Shown here one piece after another: positions 27,074 through 36,515 of a stretch of 41,226 bases of DNA (positions are counted from its first letter, which is position 1; the number at the start of each line of letters is the position of its first letter). The stretch comes from a virus. Taxonomy: Duplodnaviria > Caudoviricetes. Where the stretch lies: positions 1-41,226 of IMG/VR virus record IMGVR_UViG_3300049015_000042. The stretch is one strand, 5' to 3'. A model generated the notes under the pieces. That model ran no database searches. It was given only the letters and a program-made list of their open reading frames with translations, and was not told where the DNA came from. The translations under genes were made by a program, and so were the position numbers.

Positions 27074-27985
27074 ATGGCCCTCGCCGCTGGACTCCAAGTT
27101 ACTGAAATTCTCGACGCCGCTTTGCTCGCGTTCAAGAGGACGATCATCCCCATCCGCATTTTCTCCACCGCGTGGAGGAAAGGACAAGCCCCTTTGCAAA
27201 AGGGGAAAACGATGTCCGTTCCCTATTACCCGCTGGAAACTAACGCTTCCACGGACTTCGTTGCGGCTAACGGATATGTCTTCACCGGAGCCGGCCCGAA
27301 TGCCAGCACCAAGGACGTGACGGTCGACAAGCGCAAATATCAGCCTCTCGTCACCACCAGCGAGGAACTGGCCCGCTACAATTTCGACCCGGTGAAGCTG
27401 GGTGAGATGAAGGGTAACAAACTCGCGATCGATGTTGTGACCGACATCTTGTCCACCGTCACTCTAGCCAATTATGGTGCCGCGGCCTTCACCGGACTTT
27501 CCAGCACCTTCGACGCGGACGACGTGGCAGACATCCAGCTCGTCTGCAACCAAGCCAACTGGCCGCGCCCGCAACGGTCGCTCGTGATCAGCGAGTCTTA
27601 CAACACCGCCCTGGTGAAGGACAACGCGATCCAAGCGGTCTATGCCAGCGGAACCACCGATCCTCTCTACGAAGGCCGGATGCCCCGACTCCACGGATTC
27701 GATACGATTCCCTCGAACGAAATTCCCGCCAATGCGCAGAACCTCGTCGGTTTCGCCGCCTATCCGTCCGCGCTGCTGGTCGGTTTCTCCCCGATCCAAC
27801 CTGCCGAGGCGGTGATGAAGATGCTCACTGCTTACGAGGTGGTCGAAGATCCCGAAACCGGAATCTTCATCGAATACCGCGCATGGGGTGACCCGAACAT
27901 GGACCAGCAACGCGAAGTGATCGAAGTCAACTACGGTTACGCCGTGGGTGAAGCGGCCGCCCTCAAGCGCATGGTTTCCGCCTGA
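27074..27985 (+). CDS. Major capsid protein (HK97 fold, P22-coat-like)
   Basis: 303 aa after the protease and scaffold; KGKTMSVP, GRMPRLHGFD, C-terminal EVNYGYAV; strong codon bias. Confidence 0.8.
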   Translation: MALAAGLQVTEILDAALLAFKRTIIPIRIFSTAWRKGQAPLQKGKTMSVPYYPLETNASTDFVAANGYVFTGAGPNASTKDVTVDKRKYQPLVTTSEELARYNFDPVKLGEMKGNKLAIDVVTDILSTVTLANYGAAAFTGLSSTFDADDVADIQLVCNQANWPRPQRSLVISESYNTALVKDNAIQAVYASGTTDPLYEGRMPRLHGFDTIPSNEIPANAQNLVGFAAYPSALLVGFSPIQPAEAVMKMLTAYEVVEDPETGIFIEYRAWGDPNMDQQREVIEVNYGYAVGEAAALKRMVSA

Positions 27986-27991
27986 TTCTCC

Positions 27992-28026
27992 GCGGGGCTC
28001 GCCCTCATCCTCCCCGCGAGCCCCGC
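27992..28026 (+). promoter_or_regulatory. GC-rich stem-loop after the capsid gene (mRNA stabiliser or attenuator)
   Basis: GCGGGGCTCGC/GCGAGCCCCGC, 11-bp stem with a 13-nt loop. Confidence 0.6.
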
Positions 28027-28054
28027 CTTCAACCTTTTCCCCAAACTTTCCACC

Positions 28055-28594
28055 ATGGCCAAATATGTAATGCTGATCGGGATCCTTCACGGCGGGGGAG
28101 ATCCGGTTGTGATTTCGGGTCCCGAAGTCCCCTATGAGCAGCAGCGCGAACGGTTCAAGGAAGCCCTCGCGAAGCGCGTTCATCCGCAGTTCGAGCGAAT
28201 CGATTTCCTCGACTCCCGCCGCGGCGTGCGCAAGCACACGAAGCACATCACCCCCGAGGAAGCCGAGCGCCGCGAACTCGCCCTGATCCAACAGCAGGAA
28301 GAATTCGAGGCCTCGCAGAAATCTCCGGAAGATCGGGAGAAGGCCAAAGCGGATGCCGAAGCGAAAGCCAAGGCCGATGCCGAAGCGAAGGCCAAGGCCG
28401 ACGCCGAAGCGAAAGCCAAAGCGGATGCCGAAGCGAAGGCCAAAGCCGATGCCGAAGCGAAAGCCAAGGCCGATGCCGAAGCGAAAGCCAAGGCCGACGC
28501 CGAAGCGAAAGCCAAGGCCGATACCGAGGCGAAGGCCAAAGCCGATGCCGAAGCGAAGGCAAAAGCGGACGTCGATCCCAAGTCGAAGAACTGA
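28055..28594 (+). CDS. Hypothetical protein with KAKADAEA tandem repeats
   Basis: 179 aa; C-terminal half is a charged helical repeat. Confidence 0.8.
   Translation: MAKYVMLIGILHGGGDPVVISGPEVPYEQQRERFKEALAKRVHPQFERIDFLDSRRGVRKHTKHITPEEAERRELALIQQQEEFEASQKSPEDREKAKADAEAKAKADAEAKAKADAEAKAKADAEAKAKADAEAKAKADAEAKAKADAEAKAKADTEAKAKADAEAKAKADVDPKSKN
28340..28570 (+). repeat. Coding 24-bp tandem repeat (9 full copies plus 1 partial)
   Basis: Unit AARGCCAARGCSGAYGCCGAAGCG repeated with mostly synonymous variation. Confidence 0.95.
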
Positions 28595-28626
28595 TTTCCC
28601 TGGTTGTTATTGAATCATGTCATCGG

Positions 28627-28658
28627 AAACCCCGTTCTCTCCGGAGAGCGGGGTTTTT
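28627..28658 (+). terminator. Rho-independent terminator ending the head transcript
   Basis: AAACCCCGTTCTC-TCCG-GAGAGCGGGGTTTTT. Confidence 0.85.
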
Positions 28659-28683
28659 CGTGTTTCGACATCGGCCCGTTTTG

Positions 28684-29031
28684 ATGGGACTGAAAAGAGC
28701 TGGTTTGAACGCATTCCGCACGCGCGTCGATGAGGTGCTGACGGATCTGTTTCCCGCCGAGTTGTTTCTCGGTGTCGCCCGCCTTCCGGTGACCGGCTCG
28801 GGACCTGGGGGCCGTGCGGTGACGACGTATCTCGATGGCGGGGAAGCCGAGAATTTCCGGTTTCCGTTCCGGGTGAAGCGAACGGATGCGGCCGGGGTCG
28901 ATTTCGCGGTGGGGATGGTGGTCGCTTGGAAACTGGAGGATGACAGCGAGATCCCGCTGGAGATTTCCGAGCTGCCATTCCGTCCGCACGAGGCCACGAT
29001 TTCCTTCACCTGCAAAAAGCGCCGGGTATGA
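28684..29031 (+). CDS. Putative head-tail adaptor/closure protein
   Basis: Position and size; start assigned from the TCGACA-N13-ATG motif. Confidence 0.5.
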   Translation: MGLKRAGLNAFRTRVDEVLTDLFPAELFLGVARLPVTGSGPGGRAVTTYLDGGEAENFRFPFRVKRTDAAGVDFAVGMVVAWKLEDDSEIPLEISELPFRPHEATISFTCKKRRV

Positions 29032-29783
29032 GTGCGATGATCACGCTCGATCGCTCGCGGTTCGATGCGCAGTTAGCGAAGGTTAGAAAAGAACTGGAGA
29101 GCCACGTCGCCAGCGGGATGCGTGAGACTGAGGAGAAAATCCGCCAGGTCGCGATCCGCGCCGCGCAGGATCTCGCGGAGCGGACCTTCCCCTCGCCGAT
29201 GGCGATCGGTCTAGCGGTCGCCGCGATGCGGTTCGATATCGGTCGCGTTTTCATCACCGCGGGGAAAGCGTATGAAACGCTCAAGGATGCCAAGGGTGAG
29301 CGGATCGCCGGGGCGTTTTACGCTGCTTACAAGCACGGGGATTTTTCCCGCGCGCTGTCGGTGCTTCGTGCTTCCGGGGTGCTGCCGGGGATTGAGATTG
29401 GCCGGCTGGATCCCGCGTTGCACGAGCGTGCGCGCAACCCGAAGAACGGTCGCGTCGAACTCGCGCGCCCGCTGCAGATCGTCACCAGCGAGGAGCTCGC
29501 CGCTTACATGCGCAAGCAGGTAGCCGAGATCGGGAAAACCTCGTCCGGATGGAATGCGTGCGCCGCCAAGCTCGGAGGGAGCGAGAGCGCCACGCGATGG
29601 AAGGGGACCGCCGTGCATGGGACCGATGGGGGATCCGCCGCGATCGAGAACAACGGAGGAAAGATCGTCGTGAATCTCACAAATCTCCGCCCGCTCGCGC
29701 GCAAGCACATTTCGCCAGGACAGGTGGATGCCATCCTCAAGCGCAGTCGGGATTTTCTCCAACAGCTTCTAGCCACTCCCTGA
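29028..29783 (+). CDS. Putative neck/tail-completion protein (HK97 gp10 position)
   Basis: Basic protein, MITLDRSRFDAQL..GKTSSGW; synteny. Confidence 0.5.
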   Translation: MSAMITLDRSRFDAQLAKVRKELESHVASGMRETEEKIRQVAIRAAQDLAERTFPSPMAIGLAVAAMRFDIGRVFITAGKAYETLKDAKGERIAGAFYAAYKHGDFSRALSVLRASGVLPGIEIGRLDPALHERARNPKNGRVELARPLQIVTSEELAAYMRKQVAEIGKTSSGWNACAAKLGGSESATRWKGTAVHGTDGGSAAIENNGGKIVVNLTNLRPLARKHISPGQVDAILKRSRDFLQQLLATP

Positions 29784-29784
29784 C

Positions 29785-30018
29785 ATGCCCGCCGACACGC
29801 CTGAGACAAATGCCGCGAAAATTTACATCGGGACCTCGCGCCTGCAGTATGTTGAGGCGGAGATTTGCGAAAAGATGGAGCGCCAGCGGAATGAGCTGCG
29901 GAGCAAGCTGAGGATCGCCGAGACCGCTCTCGCGTCAGCCCGGGGCCATTTGCGGAAATGCCAGGTGGATCGGGAGCGGATCCACTCGCAGTTGCGGAGC
30001 CGGAAGAGTGATGAATGA
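29785..30018 (+). CDS. Small coiled-coil hypothetical protein
   Basis: EICEKMERQRNELR motif; looks inserted between structural genes. Confidence 0.5.
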   Translation: MPADTPETNAAKIYIGTSRLQYVEAEICEKMERQRNELRSKLRIAETALASARGHLRKCQVDRERIHSQLRSRKSDE

Positions 30019-30022
30019 ACGC

Positions 30023-30041
30023 AAGGGGTGAGACACCCCTT
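30023..30041. repeat. REP-like intergenic hairpin
   Basis: AAGGGGTG-AGA-CACCCCTT. Confidence 0.5.
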
Positions 30042-30070
30042 CTCCTTAGGTTCGACACGCCCGCGACTGC

Positions 30071-30511
30071 ATGTCCGATTCCACGATCCCCGATGCCGTT
30101 GCCGCCGATTTGCGCGATTTTTTCCTCTCCGCCCAACCGGGTGGGCTCGCTCTCCCAAATGACAACGTCCGCCCGAAGCACGCCACCACCGAGCCGCCTG
30201 CAACGCGACTGGTGATCTTGTGCGGGGAGCCCAAAGGAGTCCCGCGCATGGAGGGAACAGCGGTGGTCGACGTGTCGCTCGAATACATTTCGTCGATGGA
30301 TCCCGAGGGAGCGCTCGCCGCCCACCAAGCCGCTGCCGGTAAGATCGACGCCTGGTGGAGAAACCTCCGGAGCGCCAAGCGCCGGGACGTGATCTCCACC
30401 CGGATCTATCTGCATGATCATGCCAATGGCCAGCCCACCACGGAGATCCGCGAGCGCGAGCAGGTCACTGTCATCCGCGGGAAGCTCACCGTCACGCTGG
30501 TCGAGATTTGA
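30071..30511 (+). CDS. Putative tail terminator protein
   Basis: 146 aa immediately before the tail tube gene; synteny. Confidence 0.5.
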   Translation: MSDSTIPDAVAADLRDFFLSAQPGGLALPNDNVRPKHATTEPPATRLVILCGEPKGVPRMEGTAVVDVSLEYISSMDPEGALAAHQAAAGKIDAWWRNLRSAKRRDVISTRIYLHDHANGQPTTEIREREQVTVIRGKLTVTLVEI

Positions 30512-30526
30512 CACGCGCGGATGCGC

Positions 30527-30898
30527 ATGGCCGCCACGCTTTTAGGAACTGTTGGGATTCACGGAATCGCCGCCGATGAAACCGGATTGATCATTCACAA
30601 GTTGGATGACGAATCGAAGAACAAGAAAAACTTCCTCGAAAACCGGTCTGGCGAGCGGGTGGGACGCGCCGACTACGACGAGTCGATCGAGATCGAAATC
30701 GCCGGAAAGCTCACTGCCACGAGCCCGTGGGGTCAGAAGCTGTCCGCCGTGCTCACCATCACCAACACCATCGCCGCGACGCACCTGGTCAGCATCCTCA
30801 CGGGAAAAACCTACGTGGACAACGTCAAGCGCAGCCGCAAGAACGACGATTGGAACGAGATCGCCGTCTCCGCGGAGATGCTTCCGTTCTTCCCATAA
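30527..30898 (+). CDS. Putative tail tube protein
   Basis: Beta-rich 123 aa upstream of the chaperone and tape measure; start assigned from TTGACA-N13-ATG. Confidence 0.55.
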   Translation: MAATLLGTVGIHGIAADETGLIIHKLDDESKNKKNFLENRSGERVGRADYDESIEIEIAGKLTATSPWGQKLSAVLTITNTIAATHLVSILTGKTYVDNVKRSRKNDDWNEIAVSAEMLPFFP

Positions 30899-30931
30899 CA
30901 GCTCCTAGCAGCCGCCCCCGATCCCCGCGCC

Positions 30932-31381
30932 ATGAGTCCCTCCGCTTCCTCTTCCTCCCCGGTTTCCAGCACCCTGATCAACCTCCCGCCAGGGTCGCTG
31001 GAAACCACCAATACCAAGCTCGCCGCCGCGCTCACCGCGGTGGGGATCCCGCTGAACAAGGATTGCCCGGTGCGCCTGCTAGCGGGTGGAAATGGCCGGA
31101 ACCACTGCTTTTTCTTCCAGGAGAAAAGCCCGTGCGGGGACTTCATCACCGTGGAGCTCATCAAAGCCTGGGATGACCGGGAATGGCACCTCACCCACCC
31201 GGAGCATCCCTTCGCCTATCTGAAAGTCGCCTTCGAGAATGCCGAGCGCCTCACCGACTACGTGAAAAAAGGAACGCCCATCGGGACGGTCACCCGCGGT
31301 CACAAGATCGGATTCCTCAGCCTCGGTGCGAGCGATGCCGCGCAAAAAATCTTTTTCAAGGAACTCAACAGCCACCGCTAA
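30932..31381 (+). CDS. Hypothetical tail-region protein
   Basis: ETTNTKLAAALTAVGIP..HPEHPFAYLKVAF; phage-like codon usage. Confidence 0.65.
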   Translation: MSPSASSSSPVSSTLINLPPGSLETTNTKLAAALTAVGIPLNKDCPVRLLAGGNGRNHCFFFQEKSPCGDFITVELIKAWDDREWHLTHPEHPFAYLKVAFENAERLTDYVKKGTPIGTVTRGHKIGFLSLGASDAAQKIFFKELNSHR

Positions 31382-31386
31382 CAGCC

Positions 31387-31569
31387 ATGTCCGACAAGCC
31401 AGAACCCACCGTCAAGCTCACCCCCGATTTCAAGGCCGGTGAGACCATCAAGTGCAAGTCCACCGGGGAGGAATTCAAGATCCTCAAGATCCATGCAAAA
31501 GGCGCCCTGGAGTGCGAAGGCCGCGCCGGCCTGATGCCGAAGGAAGCCGCCGAGAAGATCCTTCCCTAA
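31387..31569 (+). CDS. Small hypothetical protein (60 aa)
   Basis: Begins MSDKPEPTVKLTPDFKAGETIKCKSTGEEF; strong codon bias. Confidence 0.65.
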   Translation: MSDKPEPTVKLTPDFKAGETIKCKSTGEEFKILKIHAKGALECEGRAGLMPKEAAEKILP

Positions 31570-31580
31570 CCGCCAACCCG

Positions 31581-31602
31581 GTGGGGACAGGAATGTCCCC
31601 AC
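31581..31602. repeat. REP-like intergenic hairpin
   Basis: GTGGGGACA-GGAA-TGTCCCCAC. Confidence 0.6.
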
Positions 31603-31622
31603 TCCCCCGATCCCCGAAATTC

Positions 31623-32308
31623 ATGAAACCGATCCCATCCCGTGACGCTCTGCTGGAGCAAGCGTTTTCCGAAATCCCGCTGCAGATCGCGAGCTATCAG
31701 CTCCGCCCGCTTTCCGCGGGTTCCTTCACCCTGCTAGCCCGCCTGGGGAACCCGATGATTGGAGGAAAATCCAATCCCGCCGTCGCCCTCCCGGATCGAG
31801 CTGAGATGTTCGAATCGGTCATCCAATACATCTGGGTTCACTCCGCGGATCTCGATGCCGTGATGAAAATCACCGAGCCTCAGCAGATCCCCGAAGCGGA
31901 GCTTCAAAAGATCGGGTTCACCCTCAGCATCGGTCAAGCGATGGAGTTCCTCATGACTTTCGCTGACAGTGCGCTGCGCATGAGCGCCGGACTCACCGAA
32001 GTCGAGCCCGAGGAAAGCGATGAATTGGGAAAGCCCCCGGAGTCGCTCCCTGTTGGCTCGCCAGCCTCATTTACGCCTGCGGTGCCTGCGGAGACCCCGT
32101 CCGGGAGCGATACATCATCTGGCTCATGCCCATCGAGCGAGCTTTTTCCTACCTCCACGCCGCCAATGTCGCCAACGGAGCCCGCTGCCGATGGAGCGTG
32201 CCTCATCTTGCTTCCGGATCTGTCGGGGACAACGCCGCAGAGCTGACGTTCCGCGCGCTGCAAGCGCAGCATCTAACCATCAACGATCAACCCTCAACCA
32301 TCAACTAA
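31623..32308 (+). CDS. Tail assembly chaperone pair (gpG 31623-32246; gpGT by -1 frameshift to 32308)
   Basis: In-frame slippery heptamer G GGA AAG at 32027-32033. The -1 frame stays open to TAA 32308, which abuts the tape measure start. Confidence 0.85.
32275..32307 (+). repeat. Heptamer tandem repeat (AACCATC-like, about 4.5 copies)
   Basis: AACCATC AACGATC AACCCTC AACCATC AACTA. Confidence 0.7.
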
Positions 32309-34366
32309 GTGGACGGTTTCACCATTCCCATTGGAGCGGATTTCTCCGTGATGCAAGCCGCCGTGGACCGGATCATCGAAGCGATGGACCGGATGGGGGA
32401 CCGGATCACCGCCGCGATGCAGCAGTCCAGCGCCGCCACCAGCGAGGCCAGCGCCAAGCTTGCCCGCACGGTGGATATCGCGGGGAACATGGGAGACGCG
32501 TTTTCCGGTGCGCACGCCGCGATGAAGATCACCGCCAGCGCGTCGCGCACGCTCGCCGGGGTGAATCTCGCGCAATCCCTCAGCCAGTGGGTTGCCAATG
32601 CCGGGGGACTCCGCGCCGCGCTTGCCACGCTGCCGGGGAGGATGCTCGCCATCGCCCGCAATCCCACGTTCCAAAAAGTCGCCGCCGCCGCGCTCGTCGC
32701 CGTCACCGCGCTTTACACGGTTAGAACTGCGTTTCGCGCGGTCACGGGATCGATCCATTTGCTCGAATCCGCCGCCCTGAAAACCTTCCGCGGGATGGTC
32801 GCCGCCGCCCGCGCCGCGGGAAGCGCCATCAAGAGCGCGTTCAACGGGATTTCCTCGGGGATCGGAATGATGATGCCGGGAGGTCTCGCCATCGGGGGGA
32901 TTCTATCCGCCGCCGGTGCCATCGGAGTCGCCGTGAACGCAATCGGTAAAGCCGCGGAAATGGAGACGCTGCAAACCGCGTTCGCCCCGCTGCTGGGTGG
33001 AGCGAAAGCCGCGAAGGAACGGATCGAGCAGCTCGCGAAATTCGCCGCCACCACGCCCTTCGAGCTGCCGCAGATCGCGCAAGCGTCGCGCACGCTGCAA
33101 ACGCTAACAAAGGGAGCGCTCGCCACCGGGGAGGGCCTGCGCCTCGCCGGGGATGTCGCCTCCGGAACGCAGCAGCCGATCGAGGAACTCGCGATGTGGA
33201 TCGGTCGCCTGTATGATGGTCTCCAAAGCGGTCGCCCGGTGGGTGAAGCGATGATGCGCCTCCAGGAGCTGGGATCGATGTCCGGAGACGTCCGCTCGCG
33301 GATCGAAGCGCTGCAGGAGGAAGGTGCGAAAGGACCCGCCGTGTGGGGGCTCGCTGCCGCCGCGCTCTCGCGCTTTTCCGGGAGCATGGAGCGCCAGTCG
33401 GTCACCTGGAAAGGTAAGCTCAGCAATCTATCCGATTCTGTTGGAATGCTGATGGCCAAATTCGGGGAGCCGATCATCGACGGTCTGAAGCCGTATCTCG
33501 ATATCGTCATCGGGAAGGTGGAGAGCCTGAAAAATGCCGGGATCGCCGCGGGGAACGCCATCCGCACCGCGCTCGATACGGTGATGGCCTCCTTCCAAAC
33601 GGGAACCTTCCTGCCGCTGCTGATGAACGGTCTGGAGCTCGCTTTCCTGAAAGGGGTGAACGTCTTCATCCACGGAATCCAGAGCGGGTTGAAAATCCTG
33701 TCCCTGGGTATCGGTGGGATCATGGGAGCACTCGGAGAGGGACTGGAGAAATCCGGACTTGCCGACGTATTCCACAATCTCGCCAACGCGCTCGGAGCCA
33801 CCATCTCCGCCGCCATCATGAGCACCATCGGGAAAATCACCGGTTGGAAAGGCTGGGAGATCGATGCCGCGAACGAGCGCCAAAACGCCGCGGGTGCCAT
33901 GTATATGGCCAAGGATGGGATGAAGAATCTCGATTTCCTCGGAGGTGCCGATGCGCTGGGTAAGAAACTGGAAGAGACCTTCGCCAAGATCAAAGCCGAG
34001 TGGACCGACCCCAAGCGCACGCCATTCGCCGATACCACCGAAGCCGAGCAAAGCGTCAACGAACTCGGTCGCCTGCTTTTCCTCCAGATCCAGAAAAACC
34101 GCGACGCTGCCGCCAAGCTCAACGAAGCGATGGACTCGAAGTTGAAGAACCCGTCCGCGGATAGCGGTGCCTGGGATGCGAAAGAAAAGCTCGGACGCGC
34201 CATCCAGCCCGCCGTCATGAGCCTGACCCGCATCGGTGGTGGAGGATTCGCCGCCACCGTCATGGGGACCCATCTCGCCGAAGCGCGCAAGCAAACGGGT
34301 TGGCTCAAGCAGATCCATCGCACGCTTGAGCAACCGGCCCGCCCCATTACCGCCCGCTACGCATGA
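32309..34366 (+). CDS. Tail tape measure protein
   Basis: Ala/Gly-rich helical 685 aa with FAATTPFELPQIAQA and TWKGKLSNLSD motifs. Confidence 0.9.
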   Translation: MDGFTIPIGADFSVMQAAVDRIIEAMDRMGDRITAAMQQSSAATSEASAKLARTVDIAGNMGDAFSGAHAAMKITASASRTLAGVNLAQSLSQWVANAGGLRAALATLPGRMLAIARNPTFQKVAAAALVAVTALYTVRTAFRAVTGSIHLLESAALKTFRGMVAAARAAGSAIKSAFNGISSGIGMMMPGGLAIGGILSAAGAIGVAVNAIGKAAEMETLQTAFAPLLGGAKAAKERIEQLAKFAATTPFELPQIAQASRTLQTLTKGALATGEGLRLAGDVASGTQQPIEELAMWIGRLYDGLQSGRPVGEAMMRLQELGSMSGDVRSRIEALQEEGAKGPAVWGLAAAALSRFSGSMERQSVTWKGKLSNLSDSVGMLMAKFGEPIIDGLKPYLDIVIGKVESLKNAGIAAGNAIRTALDTVMASFQTGTFLPLLMNGLELAFLKGVNVFIHGIQSGLKILSLGIGGIMGALGEGLEKSGLADVFHNLANALGATISAAIMSTIGKITGWKGWEIDAANERQNAAGAMYMAKDGMKNLDFLGGADALGKKLEETFAKIKAEWTDPKRTPFADTTEAEQSVNELGRLLFLQIQKNRDAAAKLNEAMDSKLKNPSADSGAWDAKEKLGRAIQPAVMSLTRIGGGGFAATVMGTHLAEARKQTGWLKQIHRTLEQPARPITARYA

Positions 34367-35136
34367 ACGCAACCTCGCTCTCGCCCGCGACCCACGAAAA
34401 GAAGATCAACCTCAAGAAAACGGAGGCGGTCGAGTGGGAACTGGAAATCGATTTTTCCGAAACCAAGGTCCCCGCGACGTTCACTTACACGGACGAGTAT
34501 GACGGATGGCTTTCCCGCGCTCCGGTCGCTTACAGTGCACACCCGGAACTCGCGGGGATGAAGCTCCAAAAGATCAAGGGAAGTCGCCAGCCAGGTGGGA
34601 TCATCAAGGTGACGCTTTCCTACGAGTGCACCGATCCGGAAGCCGTCTATCCGGGACGCGCGAAGGGAAAGATCAAGCGCTATCACATGGAGCCGGGTGG
34701 GGGAGAGGAGCCGCTCCTCACCAACAAGCTTTTCAAGGATCTGCCAGACGCCGAAAAGGAAGCTGGCTTGCAACTGGTTTCCAGCGCCATGAGCAGCGCC
34801 GATTTCACTACTGCGACCGCCGCACTCACTTCCGAAGCTGGAATCAAGCTGATCGAGAAGGTGCGCAAGGGTTACCAGGGATATCGAGCCTTCGGTGTCG
34901 TCTGGGTGGAGCGCTTCACCACCAAAACGCTCGCCGATGTCGAGCTGACGAAGATTTACAAGACCGTTAGCACCCCCCCCGGAGGCTGCCCCGAAGCCGG
35001 GAATGATTACGATTGGCTGCGACTGCCGCCGGGGGTGAACCCGCATGATGACGGGGAATCCTGGGATATCGAAAACCGCTGGGAGCTTTCCCTGTTTGGG
35101 AAGTGGGACCCTGACTTCTACCCCGCCGGAGGATGA
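34363..35136 (+). CDS. Tail tip / distal tail-like protein
   Basis: Follows the tape measure with an ATGA overlap; EEPLLTNKLF...KGYQGY...WDPDFY. Confidence 0.6.
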   Translation: MNATSLSPATHEKKINLKKTEAVEWELEIDFSETKVPATFTYTDEYDGWLSRAPVAYSAHPELAGMKLQKIKGSRQPGGIIKVTLSYECTDPEAVYPGRAKGKIKRYHMEPGGGEEPLLTNKLFKDLPDAEKEAGLQLVSSAMSSADFTTATAALTSEAGIKLIEKVRKGYQGYRAFGVVWVERFTTKTLADVELTKIYKTVSTPPGGCPEAGNDYDWLRLPPGVNPHDDGESWDIENRWELSLFGKWDPDFYPAGG

Positions 35137-36515
35137 AACTCACTCGCTTCATTCGCATCCCGGAAAAGGTCAAAGGGGGCTTGGAGATCAAGGCGGATCA
35201 TCACAACCAGGTGGTGGATGCTCTTCAAAAGATCGTCCGCCGTATGGGAGAATTGGTCATCAACCCGAGCGCGGATATCGGAACCAAGCCAAATGGCGCA
35301 GGAGGAATTGTGCTTTGGGTGAAGCGCCCGAATCGTTCAACAGGTTCCTCCAATCACCGTTTCGCCTTCGGTGGCCTGTTCAAGGACGCGGAGGGAGTCT
35401 GGCGCGTGCGGATCGATCCGGGTTGCGTCATTTACAACGAGATCAAGCGCGAGGGGGTGTTTGACGATCAGGAGGACAAGCCCGCGGCCATTTTCCTGCG
35501 AGGCGTCTTTCCGACCATTGAAGTGGGTGGCGAGGATGTGCGGATCGATGACGAATCCCGTCCCGCGTTGGAGCTGGGAGAGCGCTTGAACGCCACGGTC
35601 TGGCTCGTCGTTTCCACCACTAAATGCTATTCCAGCCTGGATACCGAGCGGCTCGAAATTACTGACCGCGACGTGGAATCGGAGGACGCCGTGAATGGTG
35701 AAACCTGGGTAAAAATCGTCGACTTCGACGTGGAGGTCACCGGCGAGGGAGCCACGCAAACGAGGACGGCCACCGAGGTTTTTACTTTCCTCCACGACAA
35801 CTGGGAGCAGCCCTACACCTGCGAGGATGCCGAGGATGACAGTTCGCTGGCATCGTTCGACTCTGAGTGGCCGTTCTCGTCGGACGAGTCCGACGCGAGT
35901 GGTGACTCCATGTCGGATTCGTCCGGGATCGGTGGAGGCTCGGATGGCAGCGGCTCCTCGGACGATGAGGGCGGGGACGGCGCGGATTGCCAGGTGCGCA
36001 TGACCGGGGTGTGGACCAACCGCGCGGACTGCTTCCCGGTGGACACCTCGATCTTCGACGCCACCGCCTGCATGCCGAAAAAGTATCGGTTCCAGATCGA
36101 CTGCCAGTTTTGGTTTCGGAACAACTTCGGCGGGATAAGGTGCCAGTCCATCGCCTACGGTGTGTCCACCGAGGGCGGACTGACGGTCAATGGTGCGAGC
36201 ACCGACACCGCAACCGAATATCGCTGGCGCAACTCCGCCCGGGAAACCCTTGTCTTTGAGTTCGATGATCCACCCGTCTGCGAATTCCTAACACTCAACT
36301 GGCGGGTGAAAACCTTCGCTGCAGTGCTTGGATTCGGGGGAGTGACTCCGGAGGATCAAGGCTGCTGCGGACAAACTTTCGAAGGTGTCGCCAAGCTGCA
36401 ATTCAGCACCGCCACCGACGGCACGGTGTCCATCCGGAAACTGCCCCCGGTCTGCGGGCCTTCGTGCCTTTGCTCGTCCTCACTGGGAAGCAGCGGGTCC
36501 AGCTCCGCGCCATGA
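35133..36515 (+). CDS. Minor tail protein with a Ser/Asp/Gly-rich linker and a Cys-rich C-terminal domain
   Basis: SSDESDASGDSMSDSSGIGGGSDGSGSSDD linker; about a dozen Cys downstream; ends SSSLGSSGSSSAP. Confidence 0.65.
   Translation: MKLTRFIRIPEKVKGGLEIKADHHNQVVDALQKIVRRMGELVINPSADIGTKPNGAGGIVLWVKRPNRSTGSSNHRFAFGGLFKDAEGVWRVRIDPGCVIYNEIKREGVFDDQEDKPAAIFLRGVFPTIEVGGEDVRIDDESRPALELGERLNATVWLVVSTTKCYSSLDTERLEITDRDVESEDAVNGETWVKIVDFDVEVTGEGATQTRTATEVFTFLHDNWEQPYTCEDAEDDSSLASFDSEWPFSSDESDASGDSMSDSSGIGGGSDGSGSSDDEGGDGADCQVRMTGVWTNRADCFPVDTSIFDATACMPKKYRFQIDCQFWFRNNFGGIRCQSIAYGVSTEGGLTVNGASTDTATEYRWRNSARETLVFEFDDPPVCEFLTLNWRVKTFAAVLGFGGVTPEDQGCCGQTFEGVAKLQFSTATDGTVSIRKLPPVCGPSCLCSSSLGSSGSSSAP

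Noticed and set aside
28340-28570. Possible CRISPR array
   Set aside because: Contiguous 24-bp units with no spacers, in frame with mostly synonymous variation; no cas genes.
32713-34372. Long minus-strand ORFs (544 aa and 314 aa)
   Set aside because: Antisense shadows of the tape measure gene caused by high-GC codon bias.
28684-36515. Contractile tail or tailocin/injection system
   Set aside because: No sheath or baseplate-wedge-like genes recognised; a full head module and a chaperone frameshift indicate a siphovirus-type tail.
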